A stretch of 62,449 nucleotides of DNA, filler included, from an uncultured Methanosarcinales archaeon (GTDB lineage: Archaea > Nanobdellota > Nanobdellia > Woesearchaeales > DATDXC01), in the NCBI GenBank assembly GCA_964510025.1. It is 4 parts of 3 records of this genome, joined end to end, with 100 filler letters (N's around TTAATTAATTAA, not from the genome) between each part and the next. Parts side by side here need not be neighbours in the genome. Positions count along the whole stretch, not along the records: positions 1 to 11,142 come from CAZDZV010000006.1; 3 more parts are not named here. One strand, 5' to 3'. Made by a program: the position numbers and the translations under genes. Positions 1 to 9,275 of this stretch are shown here, piece after piece (positions within the stretch are counted from its first letter, which is position 1; every line of letters starts with the position of its first letter). The notes under the pieces were generated by a model, which saw nothing but the letters and a program-made list of their open reading frames with translations, was not told where the DNA came from and made no database searches.

Positions 1-160
1 CATTCAGTGAAGTAGGATTTACAGAAGGCCTTCTTGTTGTCCTTTTTGTGTCTATTATGACAGAGCCGTCTGGCTCTGTTGCTGCAAAGGCAATAGAAGC
101 TAGTATTATAGCTGCTATAACTAGAGTTGATTGCAGTTTTTGTAGCTTTATCTTCTTCAT
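1..160 (-). CDS. Secreted protein, N-terminal fragment; paralog of 3996..4880 (runs off the window start)
   Basis: Manual translation MKKIKLQKLQSTLVIAAIILASIAFAATEPDGSVIIDTKRTTRRPSVNPTSLN matches the N-terminus of 3996..4880 (LASIAFAATEPDGSV). Not in the ORF track. Confidence 0.85.
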   Translation of the reverse strand, partial: MKKIKLQKLQSTLVIAAIILASIAFAATEPDGSVIIDTKRTTRRPSVNPTSLN

Positions 161-161
161 T

Positions 162-1022
162 TTATACCAACTCTATGTAAAAGTAAAATGCAACTGGAGG
201 TTGTGAGCCTGGCAAAGCTGACTGCGGCAGGATTATCTGGAAGTCGTATGTGTTGAAATCAAAGCCCCAGGACTCGTTCCTCATAAGTGAAGCATATACG
301 ATATCATAGTCTTTCTCTGCGCCGTCTCCTCCTTCTCCTGCTGCCTGGAACGTTCCGTCCGTGAGAACCACCTGGGTCCAGTTTCCGTCTGCATGCGGCG
401 GGTCTGACTCTGTGTTGTTGTAGTTAAGGTAGGTTCCATAGCATTCACTTTCTGCTGGAGATGATATGGAATCATTGTCCTGGATAGGATTATCACCGAC
501 ATAGAATCCTGGATTGCTGAATCCGGTGGTCGTAAAGGTATTGTATAATGAGTCCTCATCAGAGGCAGTATGGTTGAAATTGGTATTCTCTTCTGATATC
601 ATGCTGCTGTTTGCGCAGCTTAGGTTTGCCCAGATTGGTATGCCTCCTGCATAAGGATTTGTCAGCTCGTTTGGCCCTGCAGCATCATAGCCTTCTTTTG
701 TTGCGTACAGCTCGCCGGTTGTAGTAACTAGATCCCAGTCATATAATGTATAGCCGTTTGAATCCAACAATGCAAATGAACCATAGACATGCCCTACATA
801 GCCCACCCATTTCTGTGTGGGCTGTGATTCAGTTATGTTGATCTCATAGATATATCCTCTTGTCCCGTTTTGCTGGGTTCCATTTGGATAGGAGTTTGTC
901 ATGTTCTGCACAATCTCGATTGTTGTGGGCGCAGACGGATTTATGGCTGTCACTATGCCGCAGACAGCTAGGAAAAATATCAATATAGTGCAAAGTACCC
1001 TGTCTATACTATTACTTCTCAT
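162..1022 (-). CDS. Secreted surface/filament-subunit-like protein (copy 1)
   Basis: Signal peptide, many NxS/T sequons, motifs WVGYVGHV and YDFQIILP, C-terminal FYFYIELV; near-identical to 3138..3995. Confidence 0.85.
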   Translation of the reverse strand: MRSNSIDRVLCTILIFFLAVCGIVTAINPSAPTTIEIVQNMTNSYPNGTQQNGTRGYIYEINITESQPTQKWVGYVGHVYGSFALLDSNGYTLYDWDLVTTTGELYATKEGYDAAGPNELTNPYAGGIPIWANLSCANSSMISEENTNFNHTASDEDSLYNTFTTTGFSNPGFYVGDNPIQDNDSISSPAESECYGTYLNYNNTESDPPHADGNWTQVVLTDGTFQAAGEGGDGAEKDYDIVYASLMRNESWGFDFNTYDFQIILPQSALPGSQPPVAFYFYIELV

Positions 1023-1164
1023 TCTTTAGACCCACAGTTATTAGCTTCTCGATATAATTGGAGACCTTCATCAGCCTCTCCTCACATCTTTTGGATATCT
1101 CCTGATAAAGATCTTCATCAATAGTAACAGAAATTCTTGCCTTGGTGCCCGATCCCTTTCTCAT
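1012..1164 (-). CDS. Ribbon-helix-helix (CopG/MetJ-like) DNA-binding protein, 50 aa
   Basis: Manual translation MRKGSGTKARISVTIDEDLYQEISKRCEERLMKVSNYIEKLITVGLKNEK has the RISVTI beta-ribbon and two helices (S-x-Y-I-E). It overlaps the start of 162..1022 and is below the ORF-track cutoff. Confidence 0.8.
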   Translation of the reverse strand: MRKGSGTKARISVTIDEDLYQEISKRCEERLMKVSNYIEKLITVGLKNEK

Positions 1165-1900
1165 TGTATAATATTAATCATATCTGTCATAAATATACTA
1201 TTCATATTAACTGTATTATTGATAAAATTAATACAATTAATAACATTTATCATACTAATAATATAGCTTATATAAAAAACTTTCGTTTTCTAGATATTAC
1301 TTATATTATTAATAATATTAATAAGATAAAAAGTTTTGATAATATTTATAATATTAGTATTACTAATAATATATTTAGAGATATTTTTAGTCGAGAATAA
1401 AAAAACAATAAAGGTTACTTATATTACTTATAATATTAATAATACTTTTGAATTTGCTAGAAGCATAAAAATTAATATTACTAATTATATTTTTATTATT
1501 AGTATTATTAATACTATATAGAAATTCAGACCACGAGAAGATAAGAATAGTCCTGATAATCAAAGTGCCAAATAATACTAATAATATCTATTTGTAGACA
1601 TAGGCATTAAAAATATTATTTATATTACTTATCATACTAATAATACACTAATAGGTATTTCTTACATAAAATAGTATTCATATTATTTATCATACTAATA
1701 ATATTATATAACACGAAAGAATCAGCTCTCAACTTAAAAATGAATATTAATATTATTTATCATACTAATAATATCTATTTGTAGACATAGGCATTAAAAA
1801 TAGTATTCATATTATTTATCATACTAATAATATTATATATTAATAGAATAGATTAGTATTACTAATTATATTTTTATTATTAGTATTATTAATATTGCCA
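1165..1900. repeat. Extremely AT-rich non-coding region with iterated ATACTAATAAT motif and longer duplicated blocks
   Basis: ATACTAATAAT at 1252, 1575, 1634, 1692, 1762, 1821; inverted copies at 1494 and 1875; 38-bp direct repeats at 1476-1513 and 1857-1894; ~40-bp duplications 1575/1762 and 1671/1800. Confidence 0.9.
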
Positions 1901-1904
1901 GAAG

Positions 1905-3113
1905 TCAGCTTTTCTTGTCCTGTGACATCTTATCTTTTGCTTTCAATAGTAAGCTGGACACCATACGTTTCCTGTGCTTCCATTTATATGTCCTAAACAA
2001 AAGATAGTCCAGGACCACTAATACAACTAAAAAGAAGATTGCAAGAAACATCTCACTATTGATGAGGCAGCTGTGAGACTCTGCTTTCCTTAGTATGCCG
2101 CATCTCAGCCTTGTGCATGTATAGTTCATGATAGCTTCATTATCTTCACACTCAAGCTTAACGCAGCTATGGTTTTCTATGCCTTCTCCTTCCTGACAGC
2201 TAAGCTTTTTGCATCTATGGTCAAAAAAACCCTCATCAAAAGCACAATCCAGCTTTTTACAGCTATAGTCAGCCACATATTCATCAAAACCACATTCTTT
2301 CCTCACGCAGGAGCTGTTTATGATGATCTCTCCTATTGAGCATGGCTCAGCAGTGCAGCTGTGGTTGACCACATACTGCTTTATTATTGTTATATTGGAG
2401 CTGTTGGCACCTTCCTCGGTCTCATTTATCATGATATCTTCGCAGACAACACCATTACATGTATTCTCAATGCACTGCTCATCCATCTCACAGTCTTCAT
2501 TACCCAGGCAATCATGCTCAAAGCACATATGGTCCTTTGCGTACTGCTTTTCAGTGCAGTTAAGAGGCTTACAGCTTTCATTAATGCAGTATTCATCATA
2601 ATCGCAGTCAGGATCCCATACACAATCAGTCATGACTATCGTATGGTTCTCTGAAAAACAGTGCTCAATCGCCTCTCCTACTGCATGCCATGTATGTTTC
2701 TGAACAGACCGCATAACACATACCTGATAGGTCAGATTTTTTCCGATATTTGCCTTTGGAAAATTAGCGCTAAGATTGAAGGTATAAGATTCGCCGTAAT
2801 CCAGCTTCACTATGTCCCCTAAGCTCTCATTATCCCATGAATAAGGCGGATATGCCACCAGTTCCTCTGTATCATTAGATTTTCGCGTAAATGCTATTGT
2901 ATCAAGACCCACACTATCTCGGATCCTTACCTGGAGTATGCCTCTTTCAGACTCCCCCCAGTGTGTTATCCTGACTTGCCATAGTCCAAGCCTGCCGTTT
3001 ATACACCTGTAAGGGCAGCTGTGGCTTACATTATAATAATCCTGCGCTGCCGCAGTCAAAGAAAATAAACTAACCAAAAGCAGAATACCTATCAGATCCT
3101 TTTTCTTCATCAT
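1905..3113 (-). CDS. Secreted Cys-rich repeat protein with C-terminal membrane anchor
   Basis: Signal peptide; about ten C-x3-E-x5-6-C repeats; TM helix followed by a basic tail. Confidence 0.85.
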   Translation of the reverse strand: MMKKKDLIGILLLVSLFSLTAAAQDYYNVSHSCPYRCINGRLGLWQVRITHWGESERGILQVRIRDSVGLDTIAFTRKSNDTEELVAYPPYSWDNESLGDIVKLDYGESYTFNLSANFPKANIGKNLTYQVCVMRSVQKHTWHAVGEAIEHCFSENHTIVMTDCVWDPDCDYDEYCINESCKPLNCTEKQYAKDHMCFEHDCLGNEDCEMDEQCIENTCNGVVCEDIMINETEEGANSSNITIIKQYVVNHSCTAEPCSIGEIIINSSCVRKECGFDEYVADYSCKKLDCAFDEGFFDHRCKKLSCQEGEGIENHSCVKLECEDNEAIMNYTCTRLRCGILRKAESHSCLINSEMFLAIFFLVVLVVLDYLLFRTYKWKHRKRMVSSLLLKAKDKMSQDKKS

Positions 3114-3137
3114 GGTGTATTTAAGAGCATAAAGAAA

Positions 3138-3995
3138 TTATACCAGTTCAATATAAAAATAAAATGCTACCGGCAATTGTGAGCCAGACAAAGCTGACTG
3201 GGGCAGGATTATCTGGAAGTCATATGTGTTGAAATCAAAGCCCCATGACTCGTTCCTCATAAGTGAAGCATATATGATATCATAGTCTTTCTCTGCGCCG
3301 TCTCCGCCCTCTCCTGCTGCCTGGAACGTTCCGTCTGTGAGAACCACCTGGGTCCAGTTTCCGTCTGCATGCGGCGGGTCTGACTCTGTGTTGTTGTAGT
3401 TAAGGTAGGTTCCATAGCATTCACTTTCTGCTGGAGATGATATGGAATCATTGTCCTGGATAGGATTATCACCGACATAGAATCCTGGATTGCTGAATCC
3501 GGTGGTCGTAAAGGTATTGTATAATGAGTCCTCATCAGAGGCAGTATGGTTGAAATTGGTATTCTCTTCTGATATCATGCTGCTGTTTGCGCAGCTTAGG
3601 TTTGCCCAGATTGGTATGCCTCCTGCATAAGGATTTGTCAGCTCGTTTGGTCCTGCAGCATCATAGCCTTCTTTTGTTGCGTACAGCTCGCCGGTTGTTG
3701 TTACTAGCTCCCAATCATATAGTGCGTAGCCGTTTGCGTCCTGCAATGCAAATTCACCATAGACATGCCCTACATAGCCCACCCACTTCATGGTTGGCTG
3801 GGATTCAGTAATATTCAGCTCATAGATATATCCTCTTGTCCCGTTTTGCTGGGTTCCGTTTGGATAATCATTGGTCATGTTCTGCACAACCTCTATTGCT
3901 GTGGGTGCAGAAGGGAATACAGCAAATACAGCTGAAGCTGCCAGTATAGATATTAATATGAAGATGCAGATTTGGTCTATATTTCTTGTTTTCAT
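3138..3995 (-). CDS. Secreted surface/filament-subunit-like protein (copy 2)
   Basis: Paralog of 162..1022 with a 314-bp identical core (361-674 = 3337-3650). Confidence 0.85.
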   Translation of the reverse strand: MKTRNIDQICIFILISILAASAVFAVFPSAPTAIEVVQNMTNDYPNGTQQNGTRGYIYELNITESQPTMKWVGYVGHVYGEFALQDANGYALYDWELVTTTGELYATKEGYDAAGPNELTNPYAGGIPIWANLSCANSSMISEENTNFNHTASDEDSLYNTFTTTGFSNPGFYVGDNPIQDNDSISSPAESECYGTYLNYNNTESDPPHADGNWTQVVLTDGTFQAAGEGGDGAEKDYDIIYASLMRNESWGFDFNTYDFQIILPQSALSGSQLPVAFYFYIELV

Positions 3996-4880
3996 TTATT
4001 CCAGCTCTACATAAAAATAATATGTTGTTGAGGTTGTATTTCCATTGTGGCCGTTCTCAGGCACCAGCATCTGGAAATCCCATGACTGGTTGTTATAGCC
4101 GTTGGCATCTGACTGAAGTATTGAAGTAAATATAGCTCCATCGCCGTTTCCTGCATTCTTCCACTGATAAAGTATGACCTCTTCAAAAGATGGAAGCTCG
4201 TCATCTGGAGACTGCACTCCTCCATGGTGTGATCCGTTGTAGATCCTTGCATTTGGGCATGGCCCTCCGCCGCCTCCAGGGCCCCTTGCATAGCTTCCTG
4301 CCTCTAGTGTGCCGTTGATAAGCTGGCCGCCTACATAGAATGAGGAATGCTCCCTCATTCCTGGCCCTTTGAAATATGTATAGTTGAATGTCTCGTTCAT
4401 GCCGTCTACATCGCCGGATTCTGAATACATGCCTGAGAAATCATTCGGCGCTCCTGCCCCTGGATACTGCTCTAGCTCAGTAAGCTGCAGGTAGCCGGCA
4501 GTTGTGTTGCTCCAGTTCCAGCATGATATGTATCCTGTGCTCCAGTCAACAGTGCTTAGGTATGTTGCGTAGACCTCGCCAGATGGGTCTGCCTGTGACC
4601 AATCATATATTGTATAATTCCATTCATCATCTAAAGTGATTGTACCGCTGACATTTCCAACATAGCCCTGCCATGACTGCGTGACAGAAGTACCATCTAA
4701 AGTCAGATGAGAGATATTTCCAGCCTGAGCATATAGTGGGGTAGGATTGATAGCAGCCCTTCTTGTGCTTCTTTTCTGGTCAATAACTACAGAACCGTCT
4801 GGCTCTGTTGCTGCAAAGGCAATAGAAGCTAATAATATCGTTAATAAGATTATTGCGCTGGCCTTTTTTATATAGGACAT
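3996..4880 (-). CDS. Secreted surface/filament-subunit-like protein
   Basis: Signal peptide; AQAGNIS...TQSWQGYVGNVSGTITLDD...WDFQMLVP...YYFYVELE; GAGG(C)GGT SD-like site upstream. Confidence 0.85.
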   Translation of the reverse strand: MSYIKKASAIILLTILLASIAFAATEPDGSVVIDQKRSTRRAAINPTPLYAQAGNISHLTLDGTSVTQSWQGYVGNVSGTITLDDEWNYTIYDWSQADPSGEVYATYLSTVDWSTGYISCWNWSNTTAGYLQLTELEQYPGAGAPNDFSGMYSESGDVDGMNETFNYTYFKGPGMREHSSFYVGGQLINGTLEAGSYARGPGGGGGPCPNARIYNGSHHGGVQSPDDELPSFEEVILYQWKNAGNGDGAIFTSILQSDANGYNNQSWDFQMLVPENGHNGNTTSTTYYFYVELE

Positions 4881-4898
4881 AAATGACCGCCTCTTGCT

Positions 4899-5099
4899 CT
4901 AGACACTTTCTCTCACCTTGGACATCTTCTCGATATTTTTTGTATTTATGATGATGGTCCCTAACTCCCCAACTATTTTCAGAAAGTTTTCATCAGCTTG
5001 CGTCAGCTTACCCCTGGCTATCTTTATTTGGTTGCCATCTTTGTAGGGAGCCTTCACATATTGTCCCAGAAAGTCCGAAAATGGGTTGGTCGCTCTCAT
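4899..5099 (-). CDS. Small Sm/LSm-like beta-barrel protein
   Basis: 66 aa with the pattern FLGQYVK...ARGKL..ADENFLKI...IIINTKNI, typical of Sm-like folds. Confidence 0.55.
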   Translation of the reverse strand: MRATNPFSDFLGQYVKAPYKDGNQIKIARGKLTQADENFLKIVGELGTIIINTKNIEKMSKVRESV

Positions 5100-5248
5100 T
5101 TGCTCTTGCTCTTAATATACTTTTTTTGAATATAGTGTAATATTAACACTATTAATGTACTAATTTGTATACTAATATATAAACATAGTGTCACATAAGA
5201 ATAGAAATAGGGATATATAGTAGCAAATAATGCTAGAAATAGGTATTT

Positions 5249-6001
5249 TTATTGGCTAAACTGTTGTTTTAGATGGTTTTTCTCGTCTATAAGCTTCTTC
5301 AGCTCAACAGTGGTCTTCTTGATCTCTTCTTCAATAGTCCTGGCTTTTTCTGACTTTGTTTTAATCTCTTCTGTCAGTATACGCCATTCATGCTCCATCT
5401 TTTGCAGAGGCTCCAGCTTGCTCATTATCTCGCTGTCTATCTCAGCTAATGTCTTCCCCTTTCTCTCCTGCTCCCAATGGCTGCTCAGCTTAGATACAAC
5501 TTCTGTTGAAGCAGCTGCTATCTCCTGCTCTGCCTGCTCACGCATCTCATGATTGTGGAATCTTGATAATAGTTCTGAGAAATAAAGCTTTTCGTCTGTC
5601 TTTTCAGCCACACCCTCTTCCTTTATTGGCTTTCCATCATCTTTTTTTGGTTCTGGTTTTTCTGGCTTGGCCTCTGCAGGTTTTTCCTCTTTCTTAGCTT
5701 CTGCCACAGCTTCTTTTTTCGCTTCTTCTTTCTTAACAGGGGGCAGCTCATCTGGCGCCAGTTCCTTATCTTCAGCCTTTTTTTCATCCTTTGCTTCAGT
5801 TTTTTCCTCTGGTTTTGCTTCCTTTGTCTGTGGTTTTTCTTCAGGTTTTTTCTCTTCAGGCTTTGCTTCCTGCTCTGCTGGCTTTTTTTCTTCCACTTTA
5901 GCATCCTCCTTTTTACCTTCAGGCAAAGAAGGCAGTTCGTCCGGGACTGTAGAATCTACTTTTTTCTCTTCTTTAGATTTACCTAATTTAAGCAGTCCCA
6001 T
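5249..6001 (-). CDS. Lys/Glu-rich low-complexity coiled-coil hypothetical protein
   Basis: Long ORF with repeated PDELP and KPEEK motifs and a C-terminal coiled coil; ATG at 6001 chosen. Confidence 0.75.
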   Translation of the reverse strand: MGLLKLGKSKEEKKVDSTVPDELPSLPEGKKEDAKVEEKKPAEQEAKPEEKKPEEKPQTKEAKPEEKTEAKDEKKAEDKELAPDELPPVKKEEAKKEAVAEAKKEEKPAEAKPEKPEPKKDDGKPIKEEGVAEKTDEKLYFSELLSRFHNHEMREQAEQEIAAASTEVVSKLSSHWEQERKGKTLAEIDSEIMSKLEPLQKMEHEWRILTEEIKTKSEKARTIEEEIKKTTVELKKLIDEKNHLKQQFSQ

Positions 6002-6074
6002 TATTTCCCCCACGCTTTAGTTTTTCTGTAAAGTTTGCATATATAAAAATAGTGGCAAATAGTATTAAATGAAA

Positions 6075-9000
6075 TCATTTTACTTCAGCATATATGGAAA
6101 CAGAGGAATAATCTGTACCTTTGTATTTCCTTAGGTTAGCAGGAACCTTTATCTCGTAATCATATACCCCATATAATCCTGCAGTGGAATAGTTGGTCTT
6201 GGTTATAAATACCAGATCTTCATTGTCAACCTCATCAAAACTTTCATCATCATCATCGCTTGCATCCCACAGTATGCCGGTTATGAAGCTGCTGCTGTTT
6301 GTGCTGTTCACGATAGCCACATCGCTTATTGTTGCCTTAAAAATATTGAATGTTGCAGTGTCCCTTGCATTTCCGCCATCAGTGAAGGTGGAATTTATAG
6401 AATCATCCAGGCTGCTCATATTGAGCAGGTTGTCAGCATACTCAAAATCATGCTTGCTGTATGTTCCGCTGGAATTCCTGCTCAGCGCCTTAAGGTTGCT
6501 GAAGCTTATGCTGCTGTCTGAATCTGCCACATATATGTTGCTGCCGGTGTTGTCCTCAACAGTCCAGTTGCTCAGATAGGCGTTTGCACCAGAATCCTGA
6601 AGTGAAAAGGTCCCGAATAGGTTTCCAGTGATAATATGCCAGGCTGAAATTGTAAAGCTGCCGGATGTAATATCTGTAGATGAGCCGCCCTTTGCAGTTA
6701 CATTCCAGGACCATGTGCCCACTGCGTTTGGATAGAATATAGAAGAGTTCCACCTTGCATTGCCTCTCGCAGAAGCATTCTCATGGTCCATCATAACACT
6801 CGCATTTGGGGCTTCAACAGTGAAATTCACCCACTCAATATCTACATTGATCCCTGATACGTTTGCATAGATTATTGTGTCTTCATTTTCTTCTGGCGAA
6901 GCTGGATAGCTGGCATTGAAGTCAATATCTACATATTCTTCTGGAGCTGGCCCAAATCCCCTCAATTCTGGAAAATCATTCTGCATTTCCTGCCATTTGC
7001 TGCTGAAATCCCAGCTTGCCATAGGAGCATAGTCAGGATAAACATCATGCTTGAAATAATCCGCCTCATCCTGGATCGCTGTGCAGCCTGTATCGCCCCC
7101 GTCATAACATGAACTGGGATTTCCAGCATGGTTGTTCCAGTAGCTGTTTAAGATGGTGCTGCCAGAATTATACCCTACCAATGAGCCGATAAACAGGCCC
7201 CCTCCTACAGAATTGCCTGTAGAAAATGAATTGGATACGATCAACATCGAAGCATATCCTAACAATCCGCCTACATCCTGGTTACCGCTGATGTCGCCTG
7301 TTGCAAAACAGTCTGTAATATTGCCGCGGATACTGTAGCCGACAAGACCGCCTGCGTCGTCACCGCCGACATTGACATTCCCGCTGCTTTTGGAATCCGA
7401 CACATTTGTTCCGGAATTATAGCCTATAAGTCCGCCTACCCTGGCGCTTCCATTAACATTGGCCCCAGATGAGCATCTCTCTATACTGCCTTCAACTGTA
7501 TAGCCGGTGATCCCGCCCACATATAGTAATCCTGTTACGCTTCCGTTGGAAAAAACATGCGTTATGTTGGCATTAACCTGGCCTACAACACCACCTGTTG
7601 CATCCCCTCCGCTGATATTGACATCTGTCACCAGAAGGTCGTATATGTCAGAACCGCCGGATGAATGGCCGATCAGCCCGACATAATCAGTGGATGACCT
7701 GTTGATATGCAGCCCTGACACTGTGTAGTTCCTCCCGTTTAAGGTGCCTGTAAATGACGAACCGCTTGTGCCCACAGGCTCAAATCCCTTGCCATAGTTC
7801 CAGTTGATTGAGTCTGAACAGTCGATGTCATTTTGTACCTCATAATAAGAGGTAAGGCTTTCCTTCATCTCCTGCAGCTGGCTGCAATATCCAACCTGAT
7901 AAGGGCTTCCTTCACTGCCAGAGCCGCTGTAGCTTGAATCGCCGCCGCCAAAATATCTGATTTCAGGATAGTCAGATTGCTGCTGGCCCCATGCATCCTC
8001 AAAATCCCAGTTGTTCATTGGCATATGGTACTTATAATAGAAGTAATTACTATTGTCCTGTATAGCCTTACAGCCTGTGTTGCCGCCATCATAGCAGTCA
8101 TCAGAATTCCCAGAGACATTGTTCCAGTAGCATCCGGTGATTGTGCCCAACTGATTGCCCACAAATCCACCATATCTGGATACCTCGCTTACTTGGCCCA
8201 CAGAAAAAGAGTTTATGATCGTGCCTCCAAGAGAATTGACCCCGGCAAATCCTCCTGTCTCATCAGGTCCAGTTACATCGCCTGTAGCATATGAAAATTC
8301 AATTATGCCCTGATTGTCCCCTACAAATCCCCCAACCTCACCATCTCCTGATACCTCGCTTTCTGAATAGCAGTTTGTTATGTTTCCATCTGATCCTAGT
8401 TCGCCAACAAACCCGCCTGCACCGCTGCCAGTGCTGCCGTTTACAGTTGAAGTTTCTGAGAAGCATTCTACTATCGTACCAGAACAAAGCCCAACCAGGC
8501 CGCCGACATTTCCGATGCCGTTTACATCATAACAGTCTCCATAAGAGTTCTTCACCAGCCCGTCGCTGTCACCCATCCTGCCTACAAGGCAGCCAACCTC
8601 TGATCCTGTTGAATATATCTCTACGTCGCTGCTGGCATAGGAATCAGTTATATTGCCGGTGTTGAAATACCCTACAAGCCCCCCTGCTTCTGCATTGTCA
8701 TCTGAGATTATATCTGCATCTGAACTGCAGCTCTCAACAGTAAGCTCATAATCAGAATTGCCCACAAGTCCTCCTGTGCCGTACAGCTGGCTGCCTGTCC
8801 CATCACTCCAGATTTGGCCGCTTACATCACATCCATAAAAATTAACATAATCTGCCCAGCCTGCAATCCCCCCTACACAGCCAGCCCCTCTAATATCTGC
8901 ATCATATACGTCCAGGTTAGTGATATTTATGCTTCCCCTGCTGGAGCCGTCTATATAACCAAACAAGCCGACATAGTCATCGCTGCTGTCAATATAAAGA

Positions 9001-9275
9001 TAGAGCACATCATAACCATCCCCATTAAAATTACCCTCAAAAGGATCTGAATCTGAGCCGATTGGAGGAAACCCATAGTCCCAGTTGTCAGTATCGCCGC
9101 AGTCTATGTCATTTTTTAAGATAAAATCAGAGGATGGGTATTTTCTTGTCTCGTTTAGCTCCAGGCAGTCAGATATCTGGTATGGATCATCTGGGGTTCC
9201 GCTTCCGCCTGAAAATCCAAGGCTGTATCCAGCCAGCAGGATCAAGGCAGCCAAAAATATGAAATCCTTCCTCAT
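6075..9275 (-). CDS. Large secreted GLUG-repeat (beta-helix) adhesin-like protein with shared C-terminal domain
   Basis: Two GSG-x3-PYQ + (V)GGLVG repeat units; the C-terminal domain WHIITGNL...YDYEIKVP...IYAEVK is related to the neighbouring genes. Confidence 0.85.
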   Translation of the reverse strand: MRKDFIFLAALILLAGYSLGFSGGSGTPDDPYQISDCLELNETRKYPSSDFILKNDIDCGDTDNWDYGFPPIGSDSDPFEGNFNGDGYDVLYLYIDSSDDYVGLFGYIDGSSRGSINITNLDVYDADIRGAGCVGGIAGWADYVNFYGCDVSGQIWSDGTGSQLYGTGGLVGNSDYELTVESCSSDADIISDDNAEAGGLVGYFNTGNITDSYASSDVEIYSTGSEVGCLVGRMGDSDGLVKNSYGDCYDVNGIGNVGGLVGLCSGTIVECFSETSTVNGSTGSGAGGFVGELGSDGNITNCYSESEVSGDGEVGGFVGDNQGIIEFSYATGDVTGPDETGGFAGVNSLGGTIINSFSVGQVSEVSRYGGFVGNQLGTITGCYWNNVSGNSDDCYDGGNTGCKAIQDNSNYFYYKYHMPMNNWDFEDAWGQQQSDYPEIRYFGGGDSSYSGSGSEGSPYQVGYCSQLQEMKESLTSYYEVQNDIDCSDSINWNYGKGFEPVGTSGSSFTGTLNGRNYTVSGLHINRSSTDYVGLIGHSSGGSDIYDLLVTDVNISGGDATGGVVGQVNANITHVFSNGSVTGLLYVGGITGYTVEGSIERCSSGANVNGSARVGGLIGYNSGTNVSDSKSSGNVNVGGDDAGGLVGYSIRGNITDCFATGDISGNQDVGGLLGYASMLIVSNSFSTGNSVGGGLFIGSLVGYNSGSTILNSYWNNHAGNPSSCYDGGDTGCTAIQDEADYFKHDVYPDYAPMASWDFSSKWQEMQNDFPELRGFGPAPEEYVDIDFNASYPASPEENEDTIIYANVSGINVDIEWVNFTVEAPNASVMMDHENASARGNARWNSSIFYPNAVGTWSWNVTAKGGSSTDITSGSFTISAWHIITGNLFGTFSLQDSGANAYLSNWTVEDNTGSNIYVADSDSSISFSNLKALSRNSSGTYSKHDFEYADNLLNMSSLDDSINSTFTDGGNARDTATFNIFKATISDVAIVNSTNSSSFITGILWDASDDDDESFDEVDNEDLVFITKTNYSTAGLYGVYDYEIKVPANLRKYKGTDYSSVSIYAEVK

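Noticed and set aside
1137..1521. ORFs 1137..1400 and 1336..1521
   Set aside because: Ile/Asn-rich translations of AT-rich repeat DNA with non-ATG starts; not credible proteins.
1575..1840. CRISPR array
   Set aside because: Repeat boundaries are ragged, the spacers are AT-rich and partly duplicated, and no cas genes are present.
162..3995. Diversity-generating retroelement TR/VR pair
   Set aside because: Both copies are full ORFs, differences are mostly synonymous and not adenine-specific, and no reverse transcriptase is in the window.
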